DNA of 64,000 nucleotides from Pseudovirgaria hyperparasitica. Its lineage: Eukaryota. Both the position numbers and the translations under genes were made by a program. Numbering within the stretch: position 1 is the stretch's first letter; each line of letters opens with the position of its first letter. Below the pieces are notes generated by a model. It had not been told where the DNA came from. It worked only from the letters and a program-made list of their open reading frames with translations, and did not search any database. This document shows positions 12,387 through 22,719 of this stretch, piece after piece. The stretch is taken from NCBI GenBank assembly GCA_010093815.1, contig ML996572.1, one strand, 5' to 3'.

Positions 12387-14405
12387 CTATCCTGCGAATC
12401 CTCCTCTGGCCATCTTTTTTGCCCGTTGCTCCCGTCGACTATGATTCGCGCGGGACGACTTATTTGCCTCTTTCCTTGCACGATTCTGCTGTGCTCCTCC
12501 TCGTTGTCCATCGCTTCTCGTGGACGCTTCTGAGCCTCCTTGCGGTCCGCCTCGACCACCTCGTCCGCGGCCACGCCCGCCCCTGAAGCCGCCTCTTCCA
12601 CCTCGGGTACGGTCACTGGCATGCCGTCCGTCAGAATCGTCAGTTTCCTCTGTCTTTGTCCATGACTGCGGCGTGAGATCACGCTGCTGACCGGTGAATG
12701 ATGTGTACTTTGCCTCAAGTTTCTTTATTTTACGGGGATCGCGTGCGAGCATGACAGCCCAACCTTCGATTGACTCGTCTGTCATGTTAGTAGAGATTCG
12801 CAGCCCGTCTCTCTCCTTGCTTCGTCGTGTCAATGCATCGCGGCTGAAGACTTGGGGGGTGCTCGTGTAGGCCTTGAAAAGAACTTCCTCGTTGCCAGAG
12901 TCTGCTTCCTCGGCGCCGGGCTCGACGGTGCCACCGACATCTTCGGCATCGTAAGTGTCGTCCCGCTCGTCGTCGTCGGAGTCGAATGCTGCGAGCGCAG
13001 AAATGATGGCGGCTTTGTTGGGCGCACTTTCGCGGTTCGAGAGGAGGTCGTCGGCGGTGCCTTTGTCTTTGCGGCCGAAGTGCAGTTTGGATACGTCGAC
13101 GGCAAGCCGGTCGAATTCATCATCGTCATAAATGTTGCGACGTACGGGTATCGTCGGTTCCGGGGCCGGTGGCGTGGAGCGAGGTGCGAGGTCTGATTTT
13201 TGTAACTGTGTTGCAATATCATTCCTATAATAGCTGTTACTCTGATGCGAATTTGGCAGGGCGCATGAAACATACAATTCCTCTGTCCTGTCGGCAGACT
13301 TAAGATGAGCCGGCAGGGACTCCTCCAATAGGTGTGCTATAACTTCCTCTACGTTTTCATTGTACTCATTCAGAAGCTTCGCAACGAATCCTGTTCCAAG
13401 GTCGGGGAAAAGGTCCTGGATCTGTGTTATGAGACTCATTCGATGCATGTGCATCTCAGAAGTTGAGGGTTCTTCTCGGGATTTTCCCTTGTCGACCTTA
13501 GGCTTTGGACGTCTCCTTGGTCTACGTAGACTTGGCTGTTGGAATACCGACAATGACGCAGCAGTATTCCGTGCTCTAGTAGCTTCTGATGAAGTTTGCT
13601 TCCCCATAACATGAATGAATGCAGTATTGGTCACCAAATTAACTAGAAGCGTGTTCGCGGTCTTACTCGCCTTTTGAGCAGCTTCAGTGTGCGTCCTTAG
13701 GCTGTAAAGATGATCTGACAGAATAGAGAAGTTTGGCTTGCTGCTATGGAGTAGTCCTGAGAGTCCTAGGTACAATGTGACGACTAGACAGGGCCGGGTG
13801 TCCAATGAAGCCTTGTCGTATGCCGAAGTGAGAGCATCAACGAAGTCTGAACCGACCATGAAGAATGCTGCAGCATCTGGCGATGCCCGGAACAAGTGAA
13901 TGATTCTCCTCATATCCGGCCCGGCAGCTTCAGGTCTCTCGGACTCGAGTTTCGTGATTAGGATACTCTTGATCTTATGCAAAGACATCTCCATACTTGG
14001 GCCATGTCTTTCGAAGAAGCTCTTTAGCAGGGTTCTGAGGCTCTCACTGTGAGGGTAGGCGTGCGACAAGTCTGCAAAGAATTCCCAATGCATCAATGTA
14101 GGTGACACTTGGCTGCCAAATATTCTATGTACCAATAAGAATGCACTCTTCTTCAATTGGTAAATGCTGTCGTTATTCAATCGTGTCTCACTACTTCCCA
14201 ATGACGCTGATTCTCGAAAGAACGATAGCAAATACATATCCAGAATGCCTGGTGACGTTGCAACTCTGGCAAAGCTCTCATCTGGAAGCCGCAGATATAG
14301 CTCTGATAGAGATGCCCAGGCCTTTATACAGGCTTCCCATTCTGGAGGGGCAAGCTCCAAACGAAGCTTCACCGATGGAACTGGTGCGAGCGGCGGGAGA
14401 GACAT
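12387..14405 (-). CDS. CUE3: CUE-domain protein, Cue3/Rqt3/ASCC2-like (ribosome quality-control trigger complex); probable in-frame 51-nt intron 13225-13275
   Basis: CUE motif SLITQIQDLFPDLGTGFVAKLLNEY, RRNIYDDDEFD, DDERDDTYD, MTDESIEGW, RGG tract and C-terminal KEANKSSRANHSRR...KKMARG typical of ASCC2/Cue3; GTATGT...TAG intron inside the ORF. Confidence 0.85.
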   Translation of the reverse strand: MSLPPLAPVPSVKLRLELAPPEWEACIKAWASLSELYLRLPDESFARVATSPGILDMYLLSFFRESASLGSSETRLNNDSIYQLKKSAFLLVHRIFGSQVSPTLMHWEFFADLSHAYPHSESLRTLLKSFFERHGPSMEMSLHKIKSILITKLESERPEAAGPDMRRIIHLFRASPDAAAFFMVGSDFVDALTSAYDKASLDTRPCLVVTLYLGLSGLLHSSKPNFSILSDHLYSLRTHTEAAQKASKTANTLLVNLVTNTAFIHVMGKQTSSEATRARNTAASLSVFQQPSLRRPRRRPKPKVDKGKSREEPSTSEMHMHRMSLITQIQDLFPDLGTGFVAKLLNEYNENVEEVIAHLLEESLPAHLKSADRTEELYVSCALPNSHQSNSYYRNDIATQLQKSDLAPRSTPPAPEPTIPVRRNIYDDDEFDRLAVDVSKLHFGRKDKGTADDLLSNRESAPNKAAIISALAAFDSDDDERDDTYDAEDVGGTVEPGAEEADSGNEEVLFKAYTSTPQVFSRDALTRRSKERDGLRISTNMTDESIEGWAVMLARDPRKIKKLEAKYTSFTGQQRDLTPQSWTKTEETDDSDGRHASDRTRGGRGGFRGGRGRGRGGRGGPQGGSEASTRSDGQRGGAQQNRARKEANKSSRANHSRREQRAKKMARGGFAG

Positions 14406-14818
14406 AATATTTGGCGTAGTAGAGTACCAAGGAGATTTAAGAGCAATGTCATGCCAGAACGTTTGTATTCATTGCGAACCCCGGAAACAGTGATGGAGAC
14501 ATGTATCATGGAGTCACCGCGTCAAGAATAAAGCGGTAACCGTATTCGGCAGGCTATTATCTCGCCTGAGGCATAAATACTAGCCACACTCTGACTAGCG
14601 CTGCCAAGATTACACTCGTACTCCCCACATCGCTTGCGAAATTCGAAACTACATTGAACTGCTCCTACAACAACCGCAAAAAAACTACCGGTCATCACGT
14701 AACAGTGATCAGAACAGATCCGAGTCGTGACTGGAACATATAATGTTAGTCTATCTCTTCAACCCTCACGTTTCTAGCATTTGCGACACGTCGATCTAAC
14801 ATTTCCATAGCCGCCAAA

Positions 14819-15226
14819 ATGTCATACGAGAAGCCTTCCAAGGGCGGCGATTTCGAAGCCCCCAAGATCCATAAGATCCGCATCACCCTTACCTCGCGCA
14901 AGGTCAACTCGCTTGAGAAAGTCTGCCAGGAGCTCATCGAACGCGCAAAGACGAAGGACCTCCGCGTCAAGGGCCCAGTCCGCCTTCCTACCAAGAAGCT
15001 CAAGATCACGACCCGTAAGACTCCTAACGGTGAGGGTTCCAAGACCTGGGACACCTTCGAGATGAGAATTCACAAGCGCCTGATTGAGTACGTCTTTCTT
15101 ATCGCACTCCAAACCTGGCAAATACTGACATAGATTTTCAGTCTTAACGCACCCACCGAAGTCGTAAAGCAGATCATCATCAACATCGAAGCTGGTGTCG
15201 AAGTTGAGGTCACTATCGCTGCTTAG
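14819..15226 (+). CDS. RPS20: 40S ribosomal protein S20 (uS10); intron 15088-15141
   Basis: [76 protein letters not shown]. Confidence 0.97.
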
Positions 15227-16425
15227 ACGGGGTCATGCGAGGATCTGTTGGAGGTCCGAAAAGAGGATTATCTAGTTCAAGTAGGACAATCTCAATGGCA
15301 TCGGATACATCATAAACATCTGCAAGTGAAGTAAAATGGTTATTGGCCTGCTAATATGAAATTCGACATGCTTCTCAAAGATATGGACGTAAGCATGTAT
15401 ATGTTATGTGACATAGCAAGTCGCTCGGCTTACTACGACCTTGGACGAAAACTTAACAAAGCGTACCTGAGACTTACAATTGCCACAACAACGACTTTTC
15501 ACATTACAGCTACGACAAGGACGCCATTCAGCGCCAATAAATATTCGGTTTTTGCGCTCCAGGTAGCCAAGGGATATATGCAACGATTCACGTTGGAAAG
15601 TCTCCCGCGCCTGAGATGATCACTCTTGTCTTGGGCCCAAAATCTGTAGAGCGTTCCGGACAAGAAACCCTAATTCTGACTTCGACGGCATACATAAGCC
15701 ACGCAAGACTGACCCAACGACGACTACCTCTGGAGACCTTTGAGGCATATATGATACGTACCTAGCGGTGTCCTGGATTCATCGGAGTATTAACTCTGAA
15801 AGCGTTCTTTCAAAAGCTGCTCAGGACTTCGATTTTGGAGAAGATATCGTTTGGGATTGATCAGAGGAAAAGTTATCATGTTGTCCAAGCAGCCACTACG
15901 CATATGGCTATGGAAATACCAGAGAGTTCTCACTCATTCAAGATCATGAATTAGTACCTGCTTAAAATAGACTGGGTTCAACCGCGTTTCATTTGGAGCG
16001 CACCGTTAATATTGGCGCCTCAAGCATATCGGCTTTTGGTGTCTATCCAGAAGGCGAACTTACGTAAGGATCGCTTTTATCGCCACATTCGTACTAGCTT
16101 CGGTATTTGATCTGCCCCCTACGAGAATGTCATCAATGCGCCATCCTGAAGCTTGTATGTCGGCGTCTTTAGGAGTTCATCTACAGATGGATGATCACAA
16201 AAGATCCATAATACAGATAGGTACGATCGTACTGTCTGTCAAAAGCCGGATTAACAATCGACTGTTGTGATCTTATTAGTTGGTATATAACGAAACATTT
16301 GGTACACGTGGAAGACCTATATAAGCCGTCGCACGACTCCAACATAAACCACTATCAAATACTTGATACCTGAAAACACACAAGGCTCCTCACCTTCATA
16401 ACAACTCAAAACCCAATCATCAAAC

Positions 16426-17069
16426 ATGACAGTCACTCAAATCATTCAGTTCCCAGCACACGATGCAGCCGCCACGCTCCAAGCTATCAACAAAGCTGCA
16501 CCTGAGGATGTCATTCAAGGCACTCTGATCCAAGATAAAAGCACCGCGCAAGCGATTGTCGAATGGCAAGGCACAAGCGATGAGATCGCACCCGATGTCC
16601 CATCCTCAAGCAGCTTCCGCATCGACCTCGCCCGCCCAGCCCTCGGCCCTAAAGGCCCTGCTACAGCTCCAGTAGTCGAATATGTTCATACCTTCTTCCC
16701 AGTCTCAAAGGTCACGCCAGAGTTCAAGAAGAAAATCGAAGACGACTTTGTAAGGTTCAATGAACTGTTCCTCATGATCGGCTTGGTAGGCGAGATGGGA
16801 TGCACCATGGGCTGGTCGGTCGACGAGGTGAACTATGCAGGGATTGAGGGTGAGAAAGCAGTAGGGTTCGTCGTTATTAGGGGTTGGGATACGATGGCGA
16901 ATTTTGAGAAGGTTATGAGCTTGGACAAAACTCGGGAAGTGTTGTCGATTCTGTTTGGATGGGGAGCACCGTATAAGATGGTAAGAATCACTTATTGTCC
17001 GAACTATTGATTTACTAACGAAAATAGTGGCACGTTGCGAGAGAGGATGGTGCTAGAGGCTCACTTTGA
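16426..17069 (+). CDS. Hypothetical protein, probable dimeric alpha-beta barrel (ABM-like); intron 16981-17027
   Basis: TATA (tatataa ~16318), good start context, APVVEY...GWSVDE...FVVIRGWDTM, short last exon WHVAREDGARGSL*. Confidence 0.7.
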
Positions 17070-17256
17070 ACTCGAATTGGGTTTCTGAGCTTATACAGTG
17101 CGTTGTCATCACATCAGATATACATGTCTTGATACATTTATGTAGTCAACGAATCAATAATTACTCTGATTGAATATACTGAGAGCTATAACCCTGAATC
17201 GAATCATCCAAATAGCATCAAAAATCAAACCCCCAACCCCCAAGGACGCTTATTAC

Positions 17257-18573
17257 TTACTTCAAATTCGCAAGCAGTGGCGAATCGGCCTTTACAAACA
17301 CAGCATTCCCTGGCTGAAGCGTCGCAACTGAAATATGCGGCCACGTGAGGCCTCCAAAGTTCAGCGATACATTCTGAGAATACTGGATTTGTGTATACGA
17401 TAGTTTGACGGTAGTGTTGTGAGACACATTTCTCTTGAGCTCGACAAGGAACTTAGGAGTAGAGACCTTGTCGACACGCGAAGCCTCCGAGGAGAGTAAT
17501 TTCTTCGTGGGATGCGCTGCGTAATGGCCCTCAGGGATGACGACATCAACCAACACAGTGGAAATCCAGTATGTGACTTTCATGCTAGCGCCATGGGCGT
17601 TGGGAGCGGGCAGCGGATTTCCGGGTGGACCTTGCAGAAATGCGATGTTGGCAGTTCCGCCACCAGGAAGTGCATTGGTACCTTCTGTGGATAATTCAAA
17701 TCTTATGTGTTCCTTAACCTGTTTCTTAGAGCTGTTCGTATTTGCGATCCTGAGTACTTCGTTGGGATTTTGAAAGATGGCTTGTGTGAGTGCGCCAGAC
17801 TCGTTGAACTTGGTGAAGTCTTGTGGAATACGTAGCTGAGTTGGCTCGAATTTGAGGTTAGCAAATGCGGTGACTTGGCTGTCTGGATTGCCTATCGTGA
17901 AGGGAATGATCGACACAGTTCCAAAATCTGGAGCTCCTTGTACCGGGGGTCCTGTAGGCTCAATGCCCTGAGCGTTAATGGTAGTACCATGAGGAATAGA
18001 TCCCATGCGAGAGATGGTTCCCGTTGGTACATCAGGGTTCACGGTCTGTGGCGTTCGGACGAAAAGACCTTGCTCGAAGTGGATGGGAATGGGAGTTGGT
18101 AGATCTGCTTTGCCTGTATCTTTGTTGAGCCTGTCGGAGATCTGCTGTGTGTAAGGAACAGCCTTGAGATTGAGGTCTGGTTGTCCAGCAAAGCCACGGT
18201 TTGGTACGTCACCAATGTCTTGTAGGAAGGTCTGCTTCTCCGTGGTGAGGTTAAATTCGAGGATGTTATCCGTAAGACCTGATCCACTGGTGTTAGGACG
18301 AAATATCATATTCATTCCAGTACCCTGGAATGTCCCAACGAACTTCGATAGTATGCCCAGAGAGCCCTCTACCAGAGGATTGACTGGGAGTGGCTCAATG
18401 ACAGGTCCAGGGGCTATAGGAACTTGAGGGGCCTCTCTCGCTCTCGCGACGGTAATATCATCTACTTGACGAATCTTGAACGAGTCTGCTATTGTCAGGC
18501 TATTCGTTGGACCTTGCACCTCCACAGAGGGAGGCGATCCGCTCGTTGGTGTAACGGTAGTCTCAACGCTCAT
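17257..18573 (-). CDS. Intronless heme-binding protein, probable FMP-type peroxidase family
   Basis: Likely start MSVETT at 18573 with TATA ~18692-18700; motifs FVGTFQGTGMNMIFRP, DVPNRG, IHFEQGLF, RMGSIPHGTTINAQG and IQYSQNVSLNFGGLTWPHISVATL; family assignment is from memory. Confidence 0.7.
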   Translation of the reverse strand: MSVETTVTPTSGSPPSVEVQGPTNSLTIADSFKIRQVDDITVARAREAPQVPIAPGPVIEPLPVNPLVEGSLGILSKFVGTFQGTGMNMIFRPNTSGSGLTDNILEFNLTTEKQTFLQDIGDVPNRGFAGQPDLNLKAVPYTQQISDRLNKDTGKADLPTPIPIHFEQGLFVRTPQTVNPDVPTGTISRMGSIPHGTTINAQGIEPTGPPVQGAPDFGTVSIIPFTIGNPDSQVTAFANLKFEPTQLRIPQDFTKFNESGALTQAIFQNPNEVLRIANTNSSKKQVKEHIRFELSTEGTNALPGGGTANIAFLQGPPGNPLPAPNAHGASMKVTYWISTVLVDVVIPEGHYAAHPTKKLLSSEASRVDKVSTPKFLVELKRNVSHNTTVKLSYTQIQYSQNVSLNFGGLTWPHISVATLQPGNAVFVKADSPLLANLK

Positions 18574-19449
18574 GGTGATAGTAGAACTGAAAGGTGTTAT
18601 AATGTAGGTAGATGAAGCAACAATCAAAACAACTTGTGAAATAAAGTCTATGGCAATTATAGATGGAGGATGATAACATAGGAAAGGGTGGTATATATAA
18701 TGCTCGGGCTCTCTCTTATAGGTAACTCTGTTCAGCCTCTCCAATGGGGGCTGAGATCCTAGACTGTCAGGCTTCCGAGTCATAGGAGGCCGTAAATGAT
18801 CTATCAACCAGTGCACGCCGTACCAATGCCATCTCTGGCCAGGTATGGATTCCTCGTGATGCCAGCCTACACAGTCAGCGCGATACTGGAATGAAACTTT
18901 TGACCAATGGGAGTGGAGTCGAATCAGCTTGGTAAGAATTTCCATCGACTGCCGCTGGATCGAGAACAGTCTTGTGAGCGTTATACGACGCTGAAATACG
19001 TGTTTCAGTCGAGGCGTTCAATCCTATATAAATATGAAGCGTGCACGGCAAAATGACGTGATGTTTGTGGTCTACCAGCAGACTTCGGCATATACAATCG
19101 GATACAATCCGAGGGCCTAGATTAGGATTATATGATTAGTCACCCTAAAAGTACGGATTAAGCTTAGAATCTACGCTAAGGGATTAAGATTACTTATATT
19201 AAATTAAATTAAGTATATAATAATTACCTAAATAGGAAGGAGATAGGGAGACCAAGAGATAAATATATCTATTAGAATGGTATATATAGTCGCTTATATA
19301 CGACTTTAAGTTAAAATCCGAGGAAATAGCTAAAATCTAAGACTTTTTAACTAAATCCACGTCTACTAAGTAGAGTCGATTACCATATAGAACGGAAAAG
19401 TATATTATTAGCCTTACGACTTAGATAGACTATAAATTAATAAGTCCTT

Positions 19450-20109
19450 TATCTATCTATAACTTTAAGTAGAGTACTAGCTAAACTATTATAGAATAAA
19501 GCTTTACTCGGTAAGTAGTAATTATATCTCTAGCCTTACTAAAGGCACGCTTATACTTATAACTTAAGGCTAGGATACTTAAGACGTCTATCGCTAGTTA
19601 ACTAAGTTAAGGATAGTTATTCTAATAAGCTATCTAGAAGGCTATTAGTATATTAGTCTATTTACTATTATAGCCGATAGAAGGTTTACGTTACTAGTAG
19701 ATAAGCTTATCCTTAATAACTTTATATTAGTCTTCTTCTAGTAGTTCGGAGTACTAAGAAATAAAGCTATTAATATCCGTAGTAGTAGAGTTATAATATA
19801 CTACTCTTAGTATTATATTCATCGTTATTAAAGTCTATATAGGTATCTCTTTACCTATCTATCTCTTATACTACTACTAGTATTATCTAAAGATAGACTT
19901 AGAGTCCTTAAAGTCATCCTACGTACTTTGATAGAAGGTTTTTAGATTTAGATAAAGGTTTATAGTAGCGTAGTATATAGGAGACTTATTAAGTATAATA
20001 AAGTATTTATTTATCTTTAACTAACTATTATTAATAGTAATAATTATATAATTACCGTTAGCGAGCGTCTCCGCTATTATCTTATCTTTATCTACTAAAT
20101 TAGATACTA
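19450..20109 (-). pseudogene. hAT transposase C-terminal part (dimerisation domain), RIP-inactivated
   Basis: Minus strand ~19500-19617 reads YP*LS*LAIDVLSILALSYKYKRAFSKARDII, which de-RIPs to YPQLSQLAxDVLSIPASSCECERAFS, the hAT dimerisation signature. Confidence 0.85.
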
Positions 20110-20315
20110 TATACTATATAAAACTTCTTTTACATCCCCAAGAGGCTAACTTGGTCCATTCGGGGTAATACAGCGAGATACATACCTTAATTAATAGAGC
20201 ACACCGAGTATACTAACTACTACTATATATACGTATGTATAGCGTCGAAACTAAGACGTTATCGCCGTGTAAAGATATATATATACCCTCTTAAAATCCT
20301 CACGGAGATAGAGGC

Positions 20316-21850
20316 ATGGACTATACTACTAGAACGCTAATACGCTAACCCCCTTTTATTAGTTAAGGGTAGCCCTTAACTAATAAATATAGCGGCCTTA
20401 GATACTAATATACCCCGGTATATACCGGATATACCCCTACCGGTATAATAGAAAAGGCTATATAGCGACATTACTAAGGGTAACTATATATCTATCTAAA
20501 ATATAGAACACACCTAAAGGCGCACGCTACTATAGATAGACGGAATAAAGGGGACCCCGAGAGGGGAAACCCTCCTAGATTATATTAACTACTAGGTAGT
20601 ACGTATAGAGAAGGAAGCCGGAGAGGGCTAGAAGACCCTTTTATATATATTCTAGGATCTTATCTAGAATCTAAAGGGAATTACGGAGAAGGAGAAGAAG
20701 ATATAACTAAGAGGACCGGAGGGTAGGCTCGACCGAATAGAGGCTAGCCTACGTAGAATCTAGGAGGAACTTACTTAAGGTAAGCGCCCTAGTATATAGG
20801 TATAAATAGTAGTAACACCGGAGGCTATACTACGGGCCCCCCGGACCGGTAACGTGGCGTATAGTATACGCGTCGTAATCTAGGATAAGGATACCCTAGT
20901 ATAGATCTAGTAAGTATCCCTAAAGGATATAGTAAGTAAGATTAATAAATAAAAGAGAATATAGTTAAATGTCGTTATCGCTAAACTCACGCTAGGAGGA
21001 GTAGTACTTACTACGATAACGAATATCGCGTAGTAGACTATCTTACGTGATCCGAACGCGATTAGTAGTATCTTCCTAGGCGCCTCTATTAGGGCGGCTA
21101 TATACCCGATATAGGTATACTCTATATCTATAAGCGGATAGGTTATCGGAGAAGAGGATATTACGTGGATAGAATAGTTAAACGAGCGAAAATACCTAGG
21201 GATTAAGATCGTAAGAGTATGGTAGAAGAATATATAAGAGATTAAAACTAGATTAAAGGTATACTCTACTATAATAGTAGAGCTTAAGGACCCCGCCCTC
21301 GCGTATTAAATTATATAAGAGGGATTTCTAGCGGAAGGGGAGCTTCTTATAGCGGAACTATAGAATAGAGTATAGGCGATAATATAGTGCTTTAACTATT
21401 AGGGATACGGGTATACGGTATAGCGGTACTTCTAAAAGACTAGGTATAGATAGTATTAATAAGAATATAGTATCTAGGAGTACCCCTACGGAATATAAGG
21501 AGAGGGCTAGAGGGATAGGGATACGGCGAAGTACTCTAACTATAACGGTAAGTACCCGTCGTAGTTAGCTACGTGCGCGAAACGTAAATAGGTTACTAAA
21601 TATATCTACTTAATCTAGATAAAGGGAGTAAGGTAGCTATAAACGATGCGATCTACTACTATTTCTCTCTTTACTATAATACTACTACTATAGACTACCT
21701 CCTTACGAGGAAGTAGTTAGAAATAGTAAACCATCCCGAGAAAGCTAATAATAGGACGGCCCTAAGGAATTACTAAGGCCGCCACCGTATAAGGATAGTC
21801 GTGTCTTAGAGGAACGAATATATAGGCCTATATATTCCCTAGCACCTAAT
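20316..21850 (+). pseudogene. LINE A ORF1 (gag-like, zinc knuckles)
   Basis: ATG 20316; ~21385-21430 reads *CFNY*GYGYTV*RY = QCFNCQGYGHxxxxC after de-RIP; further knuckles follow; end coordinate approximate. Confidence 0.8.
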
Positions 21851-22197
21851 AAGAGACTAAGATATACTCCTAATTATATAGGTAAACGTATAGTATAAAC
21901 GTAAGAACTAGGCGATACTCCTCGAGGAGACCGGAGCTATAATACTCGCTATATAGGAGCTATATAAACACTACTAGACGAATAAACTAATAATATACCT
22001 AGGATATTATATAATACACCCCCTAGGACTAGAGAGGAGAGTCCTCTTCTATGTCTATAAGTCTATTCTACTCTTATTATAGTTGTATACTAAACGGGAT
22101 AACCTCCGGATAATACTATACCTCTAGACGAATATTGGACCCCTCCATATATATAATATATATAATTAGAACTAATCGCTTTAGGCGGATAATATAC

Positions 22198-22569
22198 TAT
22201 GATGAGCCATCGCTACGTATGTCCCTTTTTGTAAATGGCTATGTCCTTAGTATAGTAGTCGCGACGAACTCACAAGTATCTCTCCTAGGTATTATGAGTT
22301 CTCTTTGAACGCACGACTTCTTATTAGTTCTCTTTTACGATAGGACGGGTCTATATAATACTCTTAATCGATTCATTAATAGCTAAGCCTAATAATTAAT
22401 ACCTATAGAGGCCCATGAACATAAGGAAAGGTCGAATTATCGAATATTAGTAATGGGGGAAGCGTGTCATTTAGAATGACCAAGGAAAACGCCCTCCTTA
22501 AATATATAATAAGCCATGTAATCGAGCTAGGGACACATATATATAGGGCTATAGGAGCGGCCTTCTACA
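22198..22569 (-). repeat. 3' LTR (372 bp)
   Basis: tatgatgagc...ccttctaca; direct repeat of 33241-33612; terminal TG mutated to TA. Confidence 0.95.
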
Positions 22570-22583
22570 TATACCTCCCCGGC
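22570..22583 (-). other. Polypurine tract of the Gypsy element
   Basis: Minus strand gccggggaggtata abuts the 3' LTR. Confidence 0.7.
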
Positions 22584-22719
22584 CTATAGAACTACTACCC
22601 TTAGTAGTATAGTAATTGTATAAGAAACCGTGTGAAGAACGCCTAAAAGAAAGACCTTAATATGAATAAAATGCGCCCCTAGTAAACCTCTCGGCGCGGG
22701 TAAATCTTAGCCCGGATTA

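Noticed and set aside
20355..20387. Palindrome as a rho-independent terminator, loxP/FRT-type site or MITE
   Set aside because: Eukaryotic context, 1-nt centre rather than a 6-8 bp spacer, and no TSD or internal sequence; function left open.
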